From positions 1 through 58,725 of IMG/VR virus record IMGVR_UViG_3300048672_000976: 58,725 nt of DNA; one strand, written 5' to 3'. Below the pieces are notes generated by a model that did no database searches, was not told the DNA's origin, and was given only the letters and a program-made list of their open reading frames with translations. How positions within the stretch are numbered: position 1 is the first letter of the stretch; every line of letters begins with the position of its first letter. This document shows positions 39,229 to 48,439 of the stretch, in pieces. The position numbers and the translations under genes were made by a program. This stretch comes from a virus. Its lineage: Duplodnaviria; Caudoviricetes.

Positions 39229-39259
39229 AAAAAAACCTAACCGATTAAAGTTAGGTTTT
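39229..39259 (-). terminator. Intrinsic terminator separating replication and baseplate blocks
   Basis: AAAACCTAAC-8 nt-GTTAGGTTTT perfect inverted repeat with a T-tract on the minus strand. Confidence 0.75.
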
Positions 39260-39266
39260 ATATTTT

Positions 39267-39626
39267 TTATTTGCTGATACTCTTTATATGATAATATTTA
39301 ACCAAATTCTTATAACGTTCAATAATATACTCAGCATTTATTTCAAAAAATAACAATTCATAAGTTTTATCGAAACATATAAATCGAACATGATCTTTAT
39401 GAAATTTTGGAGATGTTTTCTTAAAAATATAAATTAATTCATCATTTCGTTTAAATTCAATCTTATCTTCCTTACTTGTTATATAAAATTCAATATATTT
39501 TTGACTTAAAGTTACCTCTTTATCAATATGTATTGAGGTAACTTTTAGACTATCAATGGTATATGTTTGTGAGTAAGTTTTACTCATTAAACACATTAAT
39601 ATAATTATTTTTAGAAAATTCTTCAT
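39267..39626 (-). CDS. Small secreted/periplasmic hypothetical protein
   Basis: Signal-peptide-like N-terminus MKNFLKIIILMCLMSKTYS|Q. Confidence 0.55.
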   Translation of the reverse strand: MKNFLKIIILMCLMSKTYSQTYTIDSLKVTSIHIDKEVTLSQKYIEFYITSKEDKIEFKRNDELIYIFKKTSPKFHKDHVRFICFDKTYELLFFEINAEYIIERYKNLVKYYHIKSISK

Positions 39627-39696
39627 AATATCTATATTTAAAATTAAATAATTTATTTTATTAAATTAACATTAAAAATATAAATATTAGTTCATA

Positions 39697-39966
39697 TTAA
39701 ATAAACTTTTCAATCATATTAACAATTTCCATTTTTGGTTTTGAACCAATAATCCTACCCACTTCTTTACCGTCTTTTTCAAAAACAATAACAGGTATTG
39801 AACGTACATTATACTTTTTTGCTTCATCAACATCATTATCAATATTATAGCTATCGAATTTAACGTCGGTATTATTTTTATAATCTAATTTAATAGATTC
39901 CACAACTGGTCCCAATATTCTACATGGTGAACACCAATCGGCTGAAAATTTTTTTATATTTAACAT
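39697..39966 (-). CDS. trxA: Thioredoxin
   Basis: FSADWCSPC, YNVRSIP, FEKDGKEV; adjacent to the RNR genes. Confidence 0.92.
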   Translation of the reverse strand: MLNIKKFSADWCSPCRILGPVVESIKLDYKNNTDVKFDSYNIDNDVDEAKKYNVRSIPVIVFEKDGKEVGRIIGSKPKMEIVNMIEKFI

Positions 39967-42717
39967 TTATTCACAATTTATACATTCTAAAATATTTCTT
40001 ACAAACGATTGGGCCGAACTTTTACTAAATTGATAGTATAATGTTTTAACACCTTCTTCGTGTGCATATAAATATAATTTATTTATATCTTTCGTTGGTA
40101 TTGATGGGTCAATCATAAGATTTAAACTTTGTGATTGATCAATAAATTTTTGTCTTTGTGCCGCCTGTAAAACAACCTCTTTTGGCGATATTTCAACAAA
40201 CGTTTTAAATACTTCTTTTGTTGGAAAATCCAAATGTTGTACCGAGCCATCTTTAGCCAATATACTTGACCATGTTTTATCATTATTTAAGTTATATTTA
40301 ATTAGTTCATCAATTAAATATGGGTTTTTATAAACAGTTTTAATTTTAGCTAAATCTTTTACAAAATAATTTGATTTAATTGGCTCAATCCCCATACTTA
40401 CTTGCCCTAAAATAAATGAACTAGATTTAGTTGGTGCGATAGCTACTAATGTTGTGTTAGCATAACCATCACGAATAGTTTTATATTTTTCAGGGTCTTT
40501 ATTATAAAGATCTTTTGATGTTGCATCTGTTCTTTCTTTTAGGGTTCTGAAAATTTTACTATTATATTGTTTAGCCTCAATGGATTCAAACGGTATTAAT
40601 TTTGATTGTAATAATGAATGATAACCTAAAACACCAACGCCAATTGCTCTATGATGTGTGGCAAATCTCCATGCTCTCTTCATACCTGCCATATTAGATG
40701 ATTTTGTTATAAATTCATCTAAAACAGCATTTAAAAATAACGTATAAATTTCAATTGCATCTGTTTTTTCAATTTCATCCCAATGTAATAGATTAATTGA
40801 ACCTATACAACAAACAAATGAATTATAACTATCTGTTGGCAATTGAATTTCTGAACAATTGAATGTTTTTAACCCATTAGAAACGAAAATATGTTCATCG
40901 TTGTTTATTGTTGGACAATAAATATCTTCATTTTCTACTTGTTCAATTGACACAACTTTCGTTTTCTTTTTTGTACTATCCAAATATTTTCTATTATCAA
41001 TTTTAATATTTTTTCTTGATAAGAAACCGGTTTTTTCTTCAATTATTAATCCATCATTTTTACTACCAAATATGAGTCTCCAACATTCTTTGGTTTTATA
41101 CATTTTTTTACCACCTTTACCATCAGGTAATAATGTCTCGCCTTCTTTTCTTAAACGATGAATACTACAACTTAAACCTAAATTAGTAAATAAAATTTGT
41201 AATTCATTTAAAAAATTTTTGTTTATATCAATATATGAGATTTCGAATGATTCACCATATTTTGATGATTTATTAACAGAACCATCAGCATATAATAAAC
41301 CCTTTAAATATTGCCATATTGTATTTTCATTAGATTCCCATATCCAAGATGGAACATACCCTTTTTCAAAATTTAATGATTTTTTTAAGGTTTTTGATGC
41401 TAATCGTTTTTTTAATACTAATGATTGATTAACCTTACAATTAAAAAATTTTGCTGGTTTTCTTTTTCTTACTTTATTCGTTAATCCAGTTTGATTAGTA
41501 ACAAAATATTCATCACATTTATATTTATAATGTATATTATTAAATTTATTCTGAATATCATCGATTAAATCAAAATCATTCTCCCAAATATCTAACATTA
41601 TTATGTCCTTATTTTGAGTACCATCTGATTGATATAAACCTAACAAATAAGCCTCATCTGGCATATCTATTTGCCCAAAAATACCTTTATTAGTTTGAAA
41701 TGGTATTGCATCGCCAATATTTAAATCTTTTGCTTCAATTCTTCTAATTTTATTATTTTTATCAATTACAGGTATTCCATGGTTAAATGAAACTTTTTGT
41801 TCCATTCCGTTTGAATATTTTATTTTTAAAATTTCAGCATTTTTACCTCTTAATAACATTGGTGATGATTTTACAGTCTCCGTACCGTTAAATAACGTTA
41901 ATTCATCACCATTTTCATACAATTCTTTAGCTGTTAAATAACCTTTATTTGTTACAACTCGTTGATCACCTGTTAAACAAAGATTACTTGCTGTTATTTC
42001 TAAACCTAATTCTTTATAAGGTGTGTTATTATTTGTATTATCCTTAAACATAATATAAGGAAAACCAAATTCACTACGTTTTTGAATTACTTTGGCCCAA
42101 ATTTTACGTTTTACCATATCGCCACCTTTCATTTCTTCAAGCCACTTATCAGTAACTGTAACACCAAATTGTAAATTTTGGATTGGGTTACCCTCAGAAC
42201 CAATATCTAAGAATTCATTAATATCATCATGTTCAATTGGTAAATAAACAGCACAAGCACCTCTTCTAGCTTCTGATTGTTTACAAACATCAATTGTTGT
42301 ATCATATAATTTTGCATAATGAACAGGACCATCAGCTTTGCCTCCTGTCGAAATACGAGTACCTCTAGGTCTAATATTACCTAAATATGCTGATGTTCCA
42401 CCCCCATATTTTGACATCATACCAATTTCTCTACTAGCATTTAATATGCTATCCATAGAATCGTCAATATTGGAACCATAGCAACTGATTGGTAATCCTT
42501 TCTCTTTTCCAAAATTAATCCAAACAGGTGTTGATAAACTATAATAGCCTTTTGCCATATAATCTTCGAACTTATCAGCAAAACCATCTATTTTGAGAAT
42601 TTGTTCTGCTTTATTTGCAATGTTTTTTATTCTTTGTTCTACCGATTCGTCAATATAACCTCTCGATAAAAATAAACGAGCATCTTCATTTGCCCAATAA
42701 TATTTTGTATAATTCAT
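39967..42717 (-). CDS. nrdA: Ribonucleotide reductase alpha subunit (short, no ATP cone; class Id-like) with intein
   Basis: GLPISCY, GGGTS, RRGACAVY, SNL|CSEI, AIAPTKSSS, GVKTLYY and C-terminal CINCE. About 542 aa after intein removal. Confidence 0.93.
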   Translation of the reverse strand: MNYTKYYWANEDARLFLSRGYIDESVEQRIKNIANKAEQILKIDGFADKFEDYMAKGYYSLSTPVWINFGKEKGLPISCYGSNIDDSMDSILNASREIGMMSKYGGGTSAYLGNIRPRGTRISTGGKADGPVHYAKLYDTTIDVCKQSEARRGACAVYLPIEHDDINEFLDIGSEGNPIQNLQFGVTVTDKWLEEMKGGDMVKRKIWAKVIQKRSEFGFPYIMFKDNTNNNTPYKELGLEITASNLCLTGDQRVVTNKGYLTAKELYENGDELTLFNGTETVKSSPMLLRGKNAEILKIKYSNGMEQKVSFNHGIPVIDKNNKIRRIEAKDLNIGDAIPFQTNKGIFGQIDMPDEAYLLGLYQSDGTQNKDIIMLDIWENDFDLIDDIQNKFNNIHYKYKCDEYFVTNQTGLTNKVRKRKPAKFFNCKVNQSLVLKKRLASKTLKKSLNFEKGYVPSWIWESNENTIWQYLKGLLYADGSVNKSSKYGESFEISYIDINKNFLNELQILFTNLGLSCSIHRLRKEGETLLPDGKGGKKMYKTKECWRLIFGSKNDGLIIEEKTGFLSRKNIKIDNRKYLDSTKKKTKVVSIEQVENEDIYCPTINNDEHIFVSNGLKTFNCSEIQLPTDSYNSFVCCIGSINLLHWDEIEKTDAIEIYTLFLNAVLDEFITKSSNMAGMKRAWRFATHHRAIGVGVLGYHSLLQSKLIPFESIEAKQYNSKIFRTLKERTDATSKDLYNKDPEKYKTIRDGYANTTLVAIAPTKSSSFILGQVSMGIEPIKSNYFVKDLAKIKTVYKNPYLIDELIKYNLNNDKTWSSILAKDGSVQHLDFPTKEVFKTFVEISPKEVVLQAAQRQKFIDQSQSLNLMIDPSIPTKDINKLYLYAHEEGVKTLYYQFSKSSAQSFVRNILECINCE
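40858..41979 (-). mobile_element. Intein (374 aa) with LAGLIDADG endonuclease in NrdA
   Basis: CLTGDQRV...KTFN|C inserted just before the catalytic Cys of NLC. LAGLIDADG motifs AYLLGLYQSDG and YLKGLLYADGS. Confidence 0.92.
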
Positions 42718-42767
42718 TGTGTTTTTATTTTATTATAAATAATTTTAAATATGGTTTTTTTTAAAAA

Positions 42768-44651
42768 TTAATCAAACAAATCATCTTCAGTTATTGATTT
42801 CGTTTTCTTTGAATAATCTATACTTTTCTTTTGGAAGAAGTCACCTTCTTTTGTTGATGAAATTTCAACATTGAACCATAATGTTTTTTCAAGATTATTT
42901 ATATTAACGTCAAAAATTGGTTTCATTCCAATCTTATTTAATGAATTATTAAATCTATCCATAATAAAATGACGAATAGTTTCTTTCGATAAAAAATCTA
43001 ATTCCCCATTTTCAAATATCCAATCAATAATTTTACATTCAGCTTTATATGCTTTTTTACATGCCGAATAAATTAATGAATTAAATTCCTCATCAAACCA
43101 TTCTGGGTTTTCTTCTTTTATAATATTAATTATTTCAGCACCGAAATTTCCATGGATATCTTCTTCTTTTGAAGTTGCTTCAACAACATTTGAAATACCT
43201 TTGAAAATATTTTTTTCTTTGTTAAAACTCATCATGATTAGAAATTGAGAAAATAAAGAAACATGTTCAATAAATAACGAGAACAATAATATGGATTTAG
43301 TGTACATTTTATTATCATCACTTCTAGTACCATCCAAATATTTTGTTAAATATTTAATTCTATCTTTAATTGCTGGTATTTCAATGACCGTTTTAAATTC
43401 ATCCTCTAATCCCAAGATTCTTAATAATCTAGCATATGCATCTTTATGACGAACTTCTGAATTACACGAAATTAATGAGTTATTATTAAATTTCGTAATT
43501 ATTCTTCCACTATCAACACTAATACAATATATATTACCGTCATAATTAAGTTCTTCTTTTTTAAATCCAATATTAGATGTTTCTTGGTTTTTAATGAATT
43601 GGATAGTATATAAAAATTTATATTTATTCACAATACATTTATATCCTGCACCAACACCAACCATTTGTACTTTATCAAAACATGATTTAACAGGTGTTGC
43701 ATATGTTGAATCAACATTATCTGCTCTATTATACCATATTAATAATTCATTTACAAATTCATTACACCATTCCCATGTTTTATCATTTAAATTAACCCAA
43801 TCAAACGTTTCAAAACCATACGTTTGGTCCATATCGATTTTAAATGTTATTACTTCATCATTTTTTGAATCTATAATTTCATTATATTTAAAATTTAAAT
43901 TTGATAAGATTTCTCGTAATCTATCTTTTTTATAATCATTTTTAATTTTTATTTCATAGACATTTGAATTATTTTTTAAATTGGCGTTATAATATAAATG
44001 TAACACAATTCTTAGTTTTTCTTCCCATGATAATTTATTAATTGTTCCACCAATTAATTTAGCAGCTTCAGGTAATAAGTTATCATCATTAATTTCCAAT
44101 TCTTCTGCCGTTTTAATAATTGGTTCATTTTTTCTATTAAAAACAATAAATCTATGATTTGGTGTTACGATTGCTTCTAAATTTTCTTTTGTAAATTTAA
44201 TAACTTTACCTTTATATGGTTCATTAGTTACTTTATTTACTTTGGTTATACTTAATGTCTTATCGTCATTATATTGTATAACATTATCACCAACATTAAT
44301 ATTTTTAAAGTTTACCCAACCATTTGGTGTTAATACCTCAGTACCTTCTACATGACATTCGGCAAATGTCATTCCAACGTCACCAATTTCTGTTATTGGC
44401 ATACGTTTATACATGTCGGCCCAAAATGTTTTAACATTTACTTCGATTTGTGCAATAGCTAACATAGTTCGTTTTATTGCTTCTCTCTCAGTATCATTAA
44501 TATTCACCATAAAATCATTAATATCCGTTGTGAAGTTATATTCAGTATCTATCCAATATGAATGCCTAATTGCATCTTTATACTGTAATAATGACGGATA
44601 ATCATAAGGTAAAATATTAACTCTTTTATTAAAAATACTTCTTTTTTTCAT
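42768..44651 (-). CDS. nrdB: Ribonucleotide reductase beta subunit (class Id-like) with intein
   Basis: AIAQIEVNVK, TFAE|SEVRHKDAY, IEHVSLFSQF, EEDIH, DFF.K..DY. About 328 aa after splicing. Confidence 0.93.
   Translation of the reverse strand: MKKRSIFNKRVNILPYDYPSLLQYKDAIRHSYWIDTEYNFTTDINDFMVNINDTEREAIKRTMLAIAQIEVNVKTFWADMYKRMPITEIGDVGMTFAECHVEGTEVLTPNGWVNFKNINVGDNVIQYNDDKTLSITKVNKVTNEPYKGKVIKFTKENLEAIVTPNHRFIVFNRKNEPIIKTAEELEINDDNLLPEAAKLIGGTINKLSWEEKLRIVLHLYYNANLKNNSNVYEIKIKNDYKKDRLREILSNLNFKYNEIIDSKNDEVITFKIDMDQTYGFETFDWVNLNDKTWEWCNEFVNELLIWYNRADNVDSTYATPVKSCFDKVQMVGVGAGYKCIVNKYKFLYTIQFIKNQETSNIGFKKEELNYDGNIYCISVDSGRIITKFNNNSLISCNSEVRHKDAYARLLRILGLEDEFKTVIEIPAIKDRIKYLTKYLDGTRSDDNKMYTKSILLFSLFIEHVSLFSQFLIMMSFNKEKNIFKGISNVVEATSKEEDIHGNFGAEIINIIKEENPEWFDEEFNSLIYSACKKAYKAECKIIDWIFENGELDFLSKETIRHFIMDRFNNSLNKIGMKPIFDVNINNLEKTLWFNVEISSTKEGDFFQKKSIDYSKKTKSITEDDLFD
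43461..44357 (-). mobile_element. Intein (299 aa) in NrdB, endonuclease apparently degenerate
   Basis: CHVEGTEVLTPNGW...VTPNHR...YDGNIYCISV...ISCN|S. Confidence 0.9.
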
Positions 44652-44658
44652 AATTGTT

Positions 44659-46941
44659 TTAATTTTGTTGTTGTCGTCTTAAAAATGCTTCCCTTGCTCT
44701 TGCGGCCCTATCTTCGGTTTTTTGTTCCTCATGGCCTAATAATGTATTTTGTGATTCTGTATCAATTATTAACATTTTATTATCAAATTTACAATTTTGA
44801 AAGATAATACCATCTTTACCTATTCTAGATTTTAATAATGTTATTGTTCCCAAATCATGCTCTTTCTGTTCTAATGTTTTACCAATAGAAATAATTACAT
44901 GAGCAATTTGTGCTTTTTTAATACTACCACCCATTTGATCACTTGTTACTACTTCAGATGAAATTGAATCTCGACTACCCTGTGTTGCTGTCCAAATAGC
45001 AATATTAAATTCATTTGTCATTGATTCTAAACTTCGCATTATACTTGCTTCACCTTTCCATTCTTCACCACCGGTACTTTTCACCGAAGTTATACAATCA
45101 ACGTAATCTATAATTAATAAATCCAATTTAAAACCATCAGAATTCATTTTTCTAATTTTACTTTTTATATCAGCAACAGTAATACCATCACTTGGTAGTT
45201 TTAATAAATGTAATTTACCTCTCGATCTTGTTTGTGCATCTAAAACTTTCTCTTTTACTTCAACAGCATAATCTGGTTGTTCATCTGGTTCAACACCAGT
45301 CCAAATGGTATAATGTTTACGTTTGATGTTCCCCGGATTATCTTCAAAAAATATTTGTAAAACATTAAAATCATGATTATATGCCGTATTTCCTATTTTT
45401 GTTAATATCGTTGTATTATGTGTTAGCACATAATCATTAGTAACAAATAATTCATCACTATTTGATACTTTAATACAAACAGCCTCCTCATCATGAGAAT
45501 AAGTAATTGATTTAACAAATTTTTGATAATTATATTTATTATGTTTTTCGTAACGTAATAAATGATGTTTTAATTTAAACGGTACAATATTATTTGAAAA
45601 CGATATTGTTAAAATATAAGACAATTGACCTATTTTAAATATATCTTTATATTTAATTTTTGGTGTTTTTGTTTTAACACTAACAGTACCACCTAGTGAT
45701 AGCACTAATTCTCTAACATTATTTGATAATTTATAAGAAACTGTTGTATATTTAATTGTGCCATTTTTTGATATATAACCATCAGTATCCATTAAACCTT
45801 GTAATAAATTAATCCTAATATTTTTAGTATTATATAGATACTCATTTGGAATGAATTTATTATTTGATTTATTGTCTCTAAAATATTCATCATCCTTAGT
45901 GGTTACATTTATTGATGAATCATCACCCAATAAACAACCTAATAAATATGGATCAATACTTACTTTTTGTTCATTAAAATCAATTGGTTCAATATTAGGT
46001 AATCTATAATTATATCTACCCCTCTTTTTAATACTATTCATCATATCAGATGTCTTCATCGTAATGAAACCATTGTTTGATGAGTAAGTATTGATTTTTT
46101 TATTATTGGTTCTCATGTTAAGTGTATTTACACTCCAAAGATGTTCTTCGTCACAATTTACACTTGTACCGTCGGTAAATTCCATTTTATATATTGGTCT
46201 TATACCTTGTGGATATACACCAATAATTTGTTGAGGTTTACCATCTGAACCCATAACAAAATCACCAACTTTTACATCACCCATAATTCCCCAACCATTA
46301 GGTGTTAGAATTTTTTCAGTAATAGGTAATGCTTTTCCAACACCAGTTGGGGCCAATATAACACCTAATTCACCACGCCCAAGACCGCCTTTTAATAATT
46401 GGTCAATACCAACTATTCCAGTTGGTATTGGTAATCGGTAATCATTTTCTAGTACACTATCAATATCATCAAAAACATCAGTTGTATCATCATTTGAACC
46501 TACTTGTAATGCATTTTGAATAATTTGTTCAATATGATGATATTCTTCAAAATTACCATTTTCTATGATATTATTTACAAGTTTTAGTTCCTTTTTTAAA
46601 TTTTGTTGTTTACAAAAATTAAGGGCCCTATCCATAACAAATGATGTGTCTTTTTCATCATTTTTTATTTGTTCTAAAGTATCTACATGGATTCTTGATG
46701 TGTCTTTATTTCCACTTTCAGATATTATTTTTTGTATTATGGTATCGTAATTAGGTATTTTGTCATATGCTTTATGTAATTCTTTAATATTTTCGATAAT
46801 ATATCTAAACGAATTATTATCAAAAAATTTAGTTTCTATTACATCAATAATTGTTTCACCATATTTTTTATTTTCAATTATGGCTTTAATTAAAGATTGT
46901 TGAAATGAGAAGCCTAAATAACCAAAATTTTTCTCTTCCAT
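44659..46941 (-). CDS. dnaB: Replicative DNA helicase (DnaB/gp41-like) with intein
   Basis: IPTGIVGID, GGLGRGELGVILAPTGVGK|TT, LLIIDYVD, WTATQ, KSRIG. Confidence 0.92.
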   Translation of the reverse strand: MEEKNFGYLGFSFQQSLIKAIIENKKYGETIIDVIETKFFDNNSFRYIIENIKELHKAYDKIPNYDTIIQKIISESGNKDTSRIHVDTLEQIKNDEKDTSFVMDRALNFCKQQNLKKELKLVNNIIENGNFEEYHHIEQIIQNALQVGSNDDTTDVFDDIDSVLENDYRLPIPTGIVGIDQLLKGGLGRGELGVILAPTGVGKALPITEKILTPNGWGIMGDVKVGDFVMGSDGKPQQIIGVYPQGIRPIYKMEFTDGTSVNCDEEHLWSVNTLNMRTNNKKINTYSSNNGFITMKTSDMMNSIKKRGRYNYRLPNIEPIDFNEQKVSIDPYLLGCLLGDDSSINVTTKDDEYFRDNKSNNKFIPNEYLYNTKNIRINLLQGLMDTDGYISKNGTIKYTTVSYKLSNNVRELVLSLGGTVSVKTKTPKIKYKDIFKIGQLSYILTISFSNNIVPFKLKHHLLRYEKHNKYNYQKFVKSITYSHDEEAVCIKVSNSDELFVTNDYVLTHNTTILTKIGNTAYNHDFNVLQIFFEDNPGNIKRKHYTIWTGVEPDEQPDYAVEVKEKVLDAQTRSRGKLHLLKLPSDGITVADIKSKIRKMNSDGFKLDLLIIDYVDCITSVKSTGGEEWKGEASIMRSLESMTNEFNIAIWTATQGSRDSISSEVVTSDQMGGSIKKAQIAHVIISIGKTLEQKEHDLGTITLLKSRIGKDGIIFQNCKFDNKMLIIDTESQNTLLGHEEQKTEDRAARAREAFLRRQQQN
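45415..46332 (-). mobile_element. Class 3-type intein (306 aa, Ala1) in DnaB Walker A
   Basis: ALPITEKILTPNGW...CDEEHLW...LLQGLMDTDG...AVCIKV...VLTHN|T, with the W-C-T triplet. Confidence 0.9.
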
Positions 46942-47393
46942 TAATTTGCTAATTGATAGTTCAAATATGTTGTTTTCAATTTTTTAGATGACATAACATC
47001 GGTTAGTTCAGTTAAGAACATTTTTAATTTTGGTCTAATATCAACAGTTCTAACCTTTGGATGATAATATTGTGATGGTATTAACCGTTCAATAAATATT
47101 TCATTACCGTATTTTATTTGTAATGAAAAATGTTCATCTGATCTATCTGTTGTATCTTCAACATATTCAGGTGACATATAATATTTACTATTTTCACATA
47201 AATAATCTGTTGTTTTAATTTTTAAATCGTTTGATATTTCCTCGGATATATATTTAACAGTTTCGTAGAGTTCTAAAGAATTTCTTGATTTTGGGTTAAA
47301 ATTATACACACTAAAAAATCGTTGGCAAATGATATTTTTACCAAATGTTAGTAAAAATTCATATTTATCTGTATTTTGATCATTATTGTTCAT
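46941..47393 (-). CDS. Hypothetical protein
   Basis: Overlaps both neighbours within the replication operon. Confidence 0.6.
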   Translation of the reverse strand: MNNNDQNTDKYEFLLTFGKNIICQRFFSVYNFNPKSRNSLELYETVKYISEEISNDLKIKTTDYLCENSKYYMSPEYVEDTTDRSDEHFSLQIKYGNEIFIERLIPSQYYHPKVRTVDIRPKLKMFLTELTDVMSSKKLKTTYLNYQLAN

Positions 47394-48417
47394 GGTTTCG
47401 TATTTTTATCATTTTGTTAAAGTTGTAATTGTTATTTTTCTCTTTTCTTGTTAATCGAAGAAAAGGATTTAAAAAAGTAATCCATGCATTATCTGATTTT
47501 GGTAAGACGTTAAATAATCCATCATTTATCATCATTTTCAAAGTGTTTTTATATGAACGACCTTCGGGGTCCAAATTATCAGTAATTAATAGATGAATTA
47601 TATTTTTAGCCTCGTCAGTTAAAAATGGGTCTGTTAGATTTACTATTTTATCATTTATTTCTAAAAATTCATCACCAAAAACGCCATATTTAGTTACACC
47701 TGTTAAGATATTTGCTAATGTTTTATTTTTTTTATCTTCATCAAATAAATTGTTGCTTTTTTCAATAATTTCATTAATTGTGAGTTCTTTTTCCTTTATT
47801 TCAGGAAAAAAACCTAAAAATCTTTTAATACCCAAATTTCTAATACCTGTAATATTATCAGAATAATCGCCACAAAAAATTTTTATTATTTTTACATTTT
47901 CAATTAATACTTCTTGATGTTGATATTGAATTATATCGTTTCTTTTATAAAGTTTTTGATGTGATGGATTGTATATCTGTGTATTATCAGATATTAATTG
48001 AGTTAAGTCCCCATCAGATGAATAAATAATTTTATTTTCTTTTGAATTTTGTGTATAATAAGCAATACAATCATCACTTTCACATAATTCAAATTCACCT
48101 TGTCTAACATATAATTCTTCAAGATATTGTTTAATTCTATCTCTTTGGTAATTATATGAACTAATTTCCTCCTCTGTTTTAAGTTTATCTTTTCGATTAC
48201 TTTTATATTCGGGGTAAATTTTTTTTCTATGGTAAGCACCATTTTCGCCGTCCCAAAAAACAACTATTTTATTTAAATGATAAGTTTCAAATGATTTTCT
48301 AAGGGTGTTTAAGAAATGAAATATTCCTCCAATATGATTACCTTTGTAAAAATAATTTTTACACCCATAGAAACCAATTGTTAATAAATTATCACCATCA
48401 ACGAGTAATACAGACAT
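47383..48417 (-). CDS. 5'-3' exonuclease / flap endonuclease (T4 RNase H, PolI 5'-nuclease-like)
   Basis: LLVDGDNL, VFWDG, YPEYKSNR, ESDDCIA, SSDGDLTQL, GDYSDNITGIRNLG. Confidence 0.92.
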   Translation of the reverse strand: MSVLLVDGDNLLTIGFYGCKNYFYKGNHIGGIFHFLNTLRKSFETYHLNKIVVFWDGENGAYHRKKIYPEYKSNRKDKLKTEEEISSYNYQRDRIKQYLEELYVRQGEFELCESDDCIAYYTQNSKENKIIYSSDGDLTQLISDNTQIYNPSHQKLYKRNDIIQYQHQEVLIENVKIIKIFCGDYSDNITGIRNLGIKRFLGFFPEIKEKELTINEIIEKSNNLFDEDKKNKTLANILTGVTKYGVFGDEFLEINDKIVNLTDPFLTDEAKNIIHLLITDNLDPEGRSYKNTLKMMINDGLFNVLPKSDNAWITFLNPFLRLTRKEKNNNYNFNKMIKIRNHEQ

Positions 48418-48439
48418 TTATTTTTAAAATTAAATTGAT

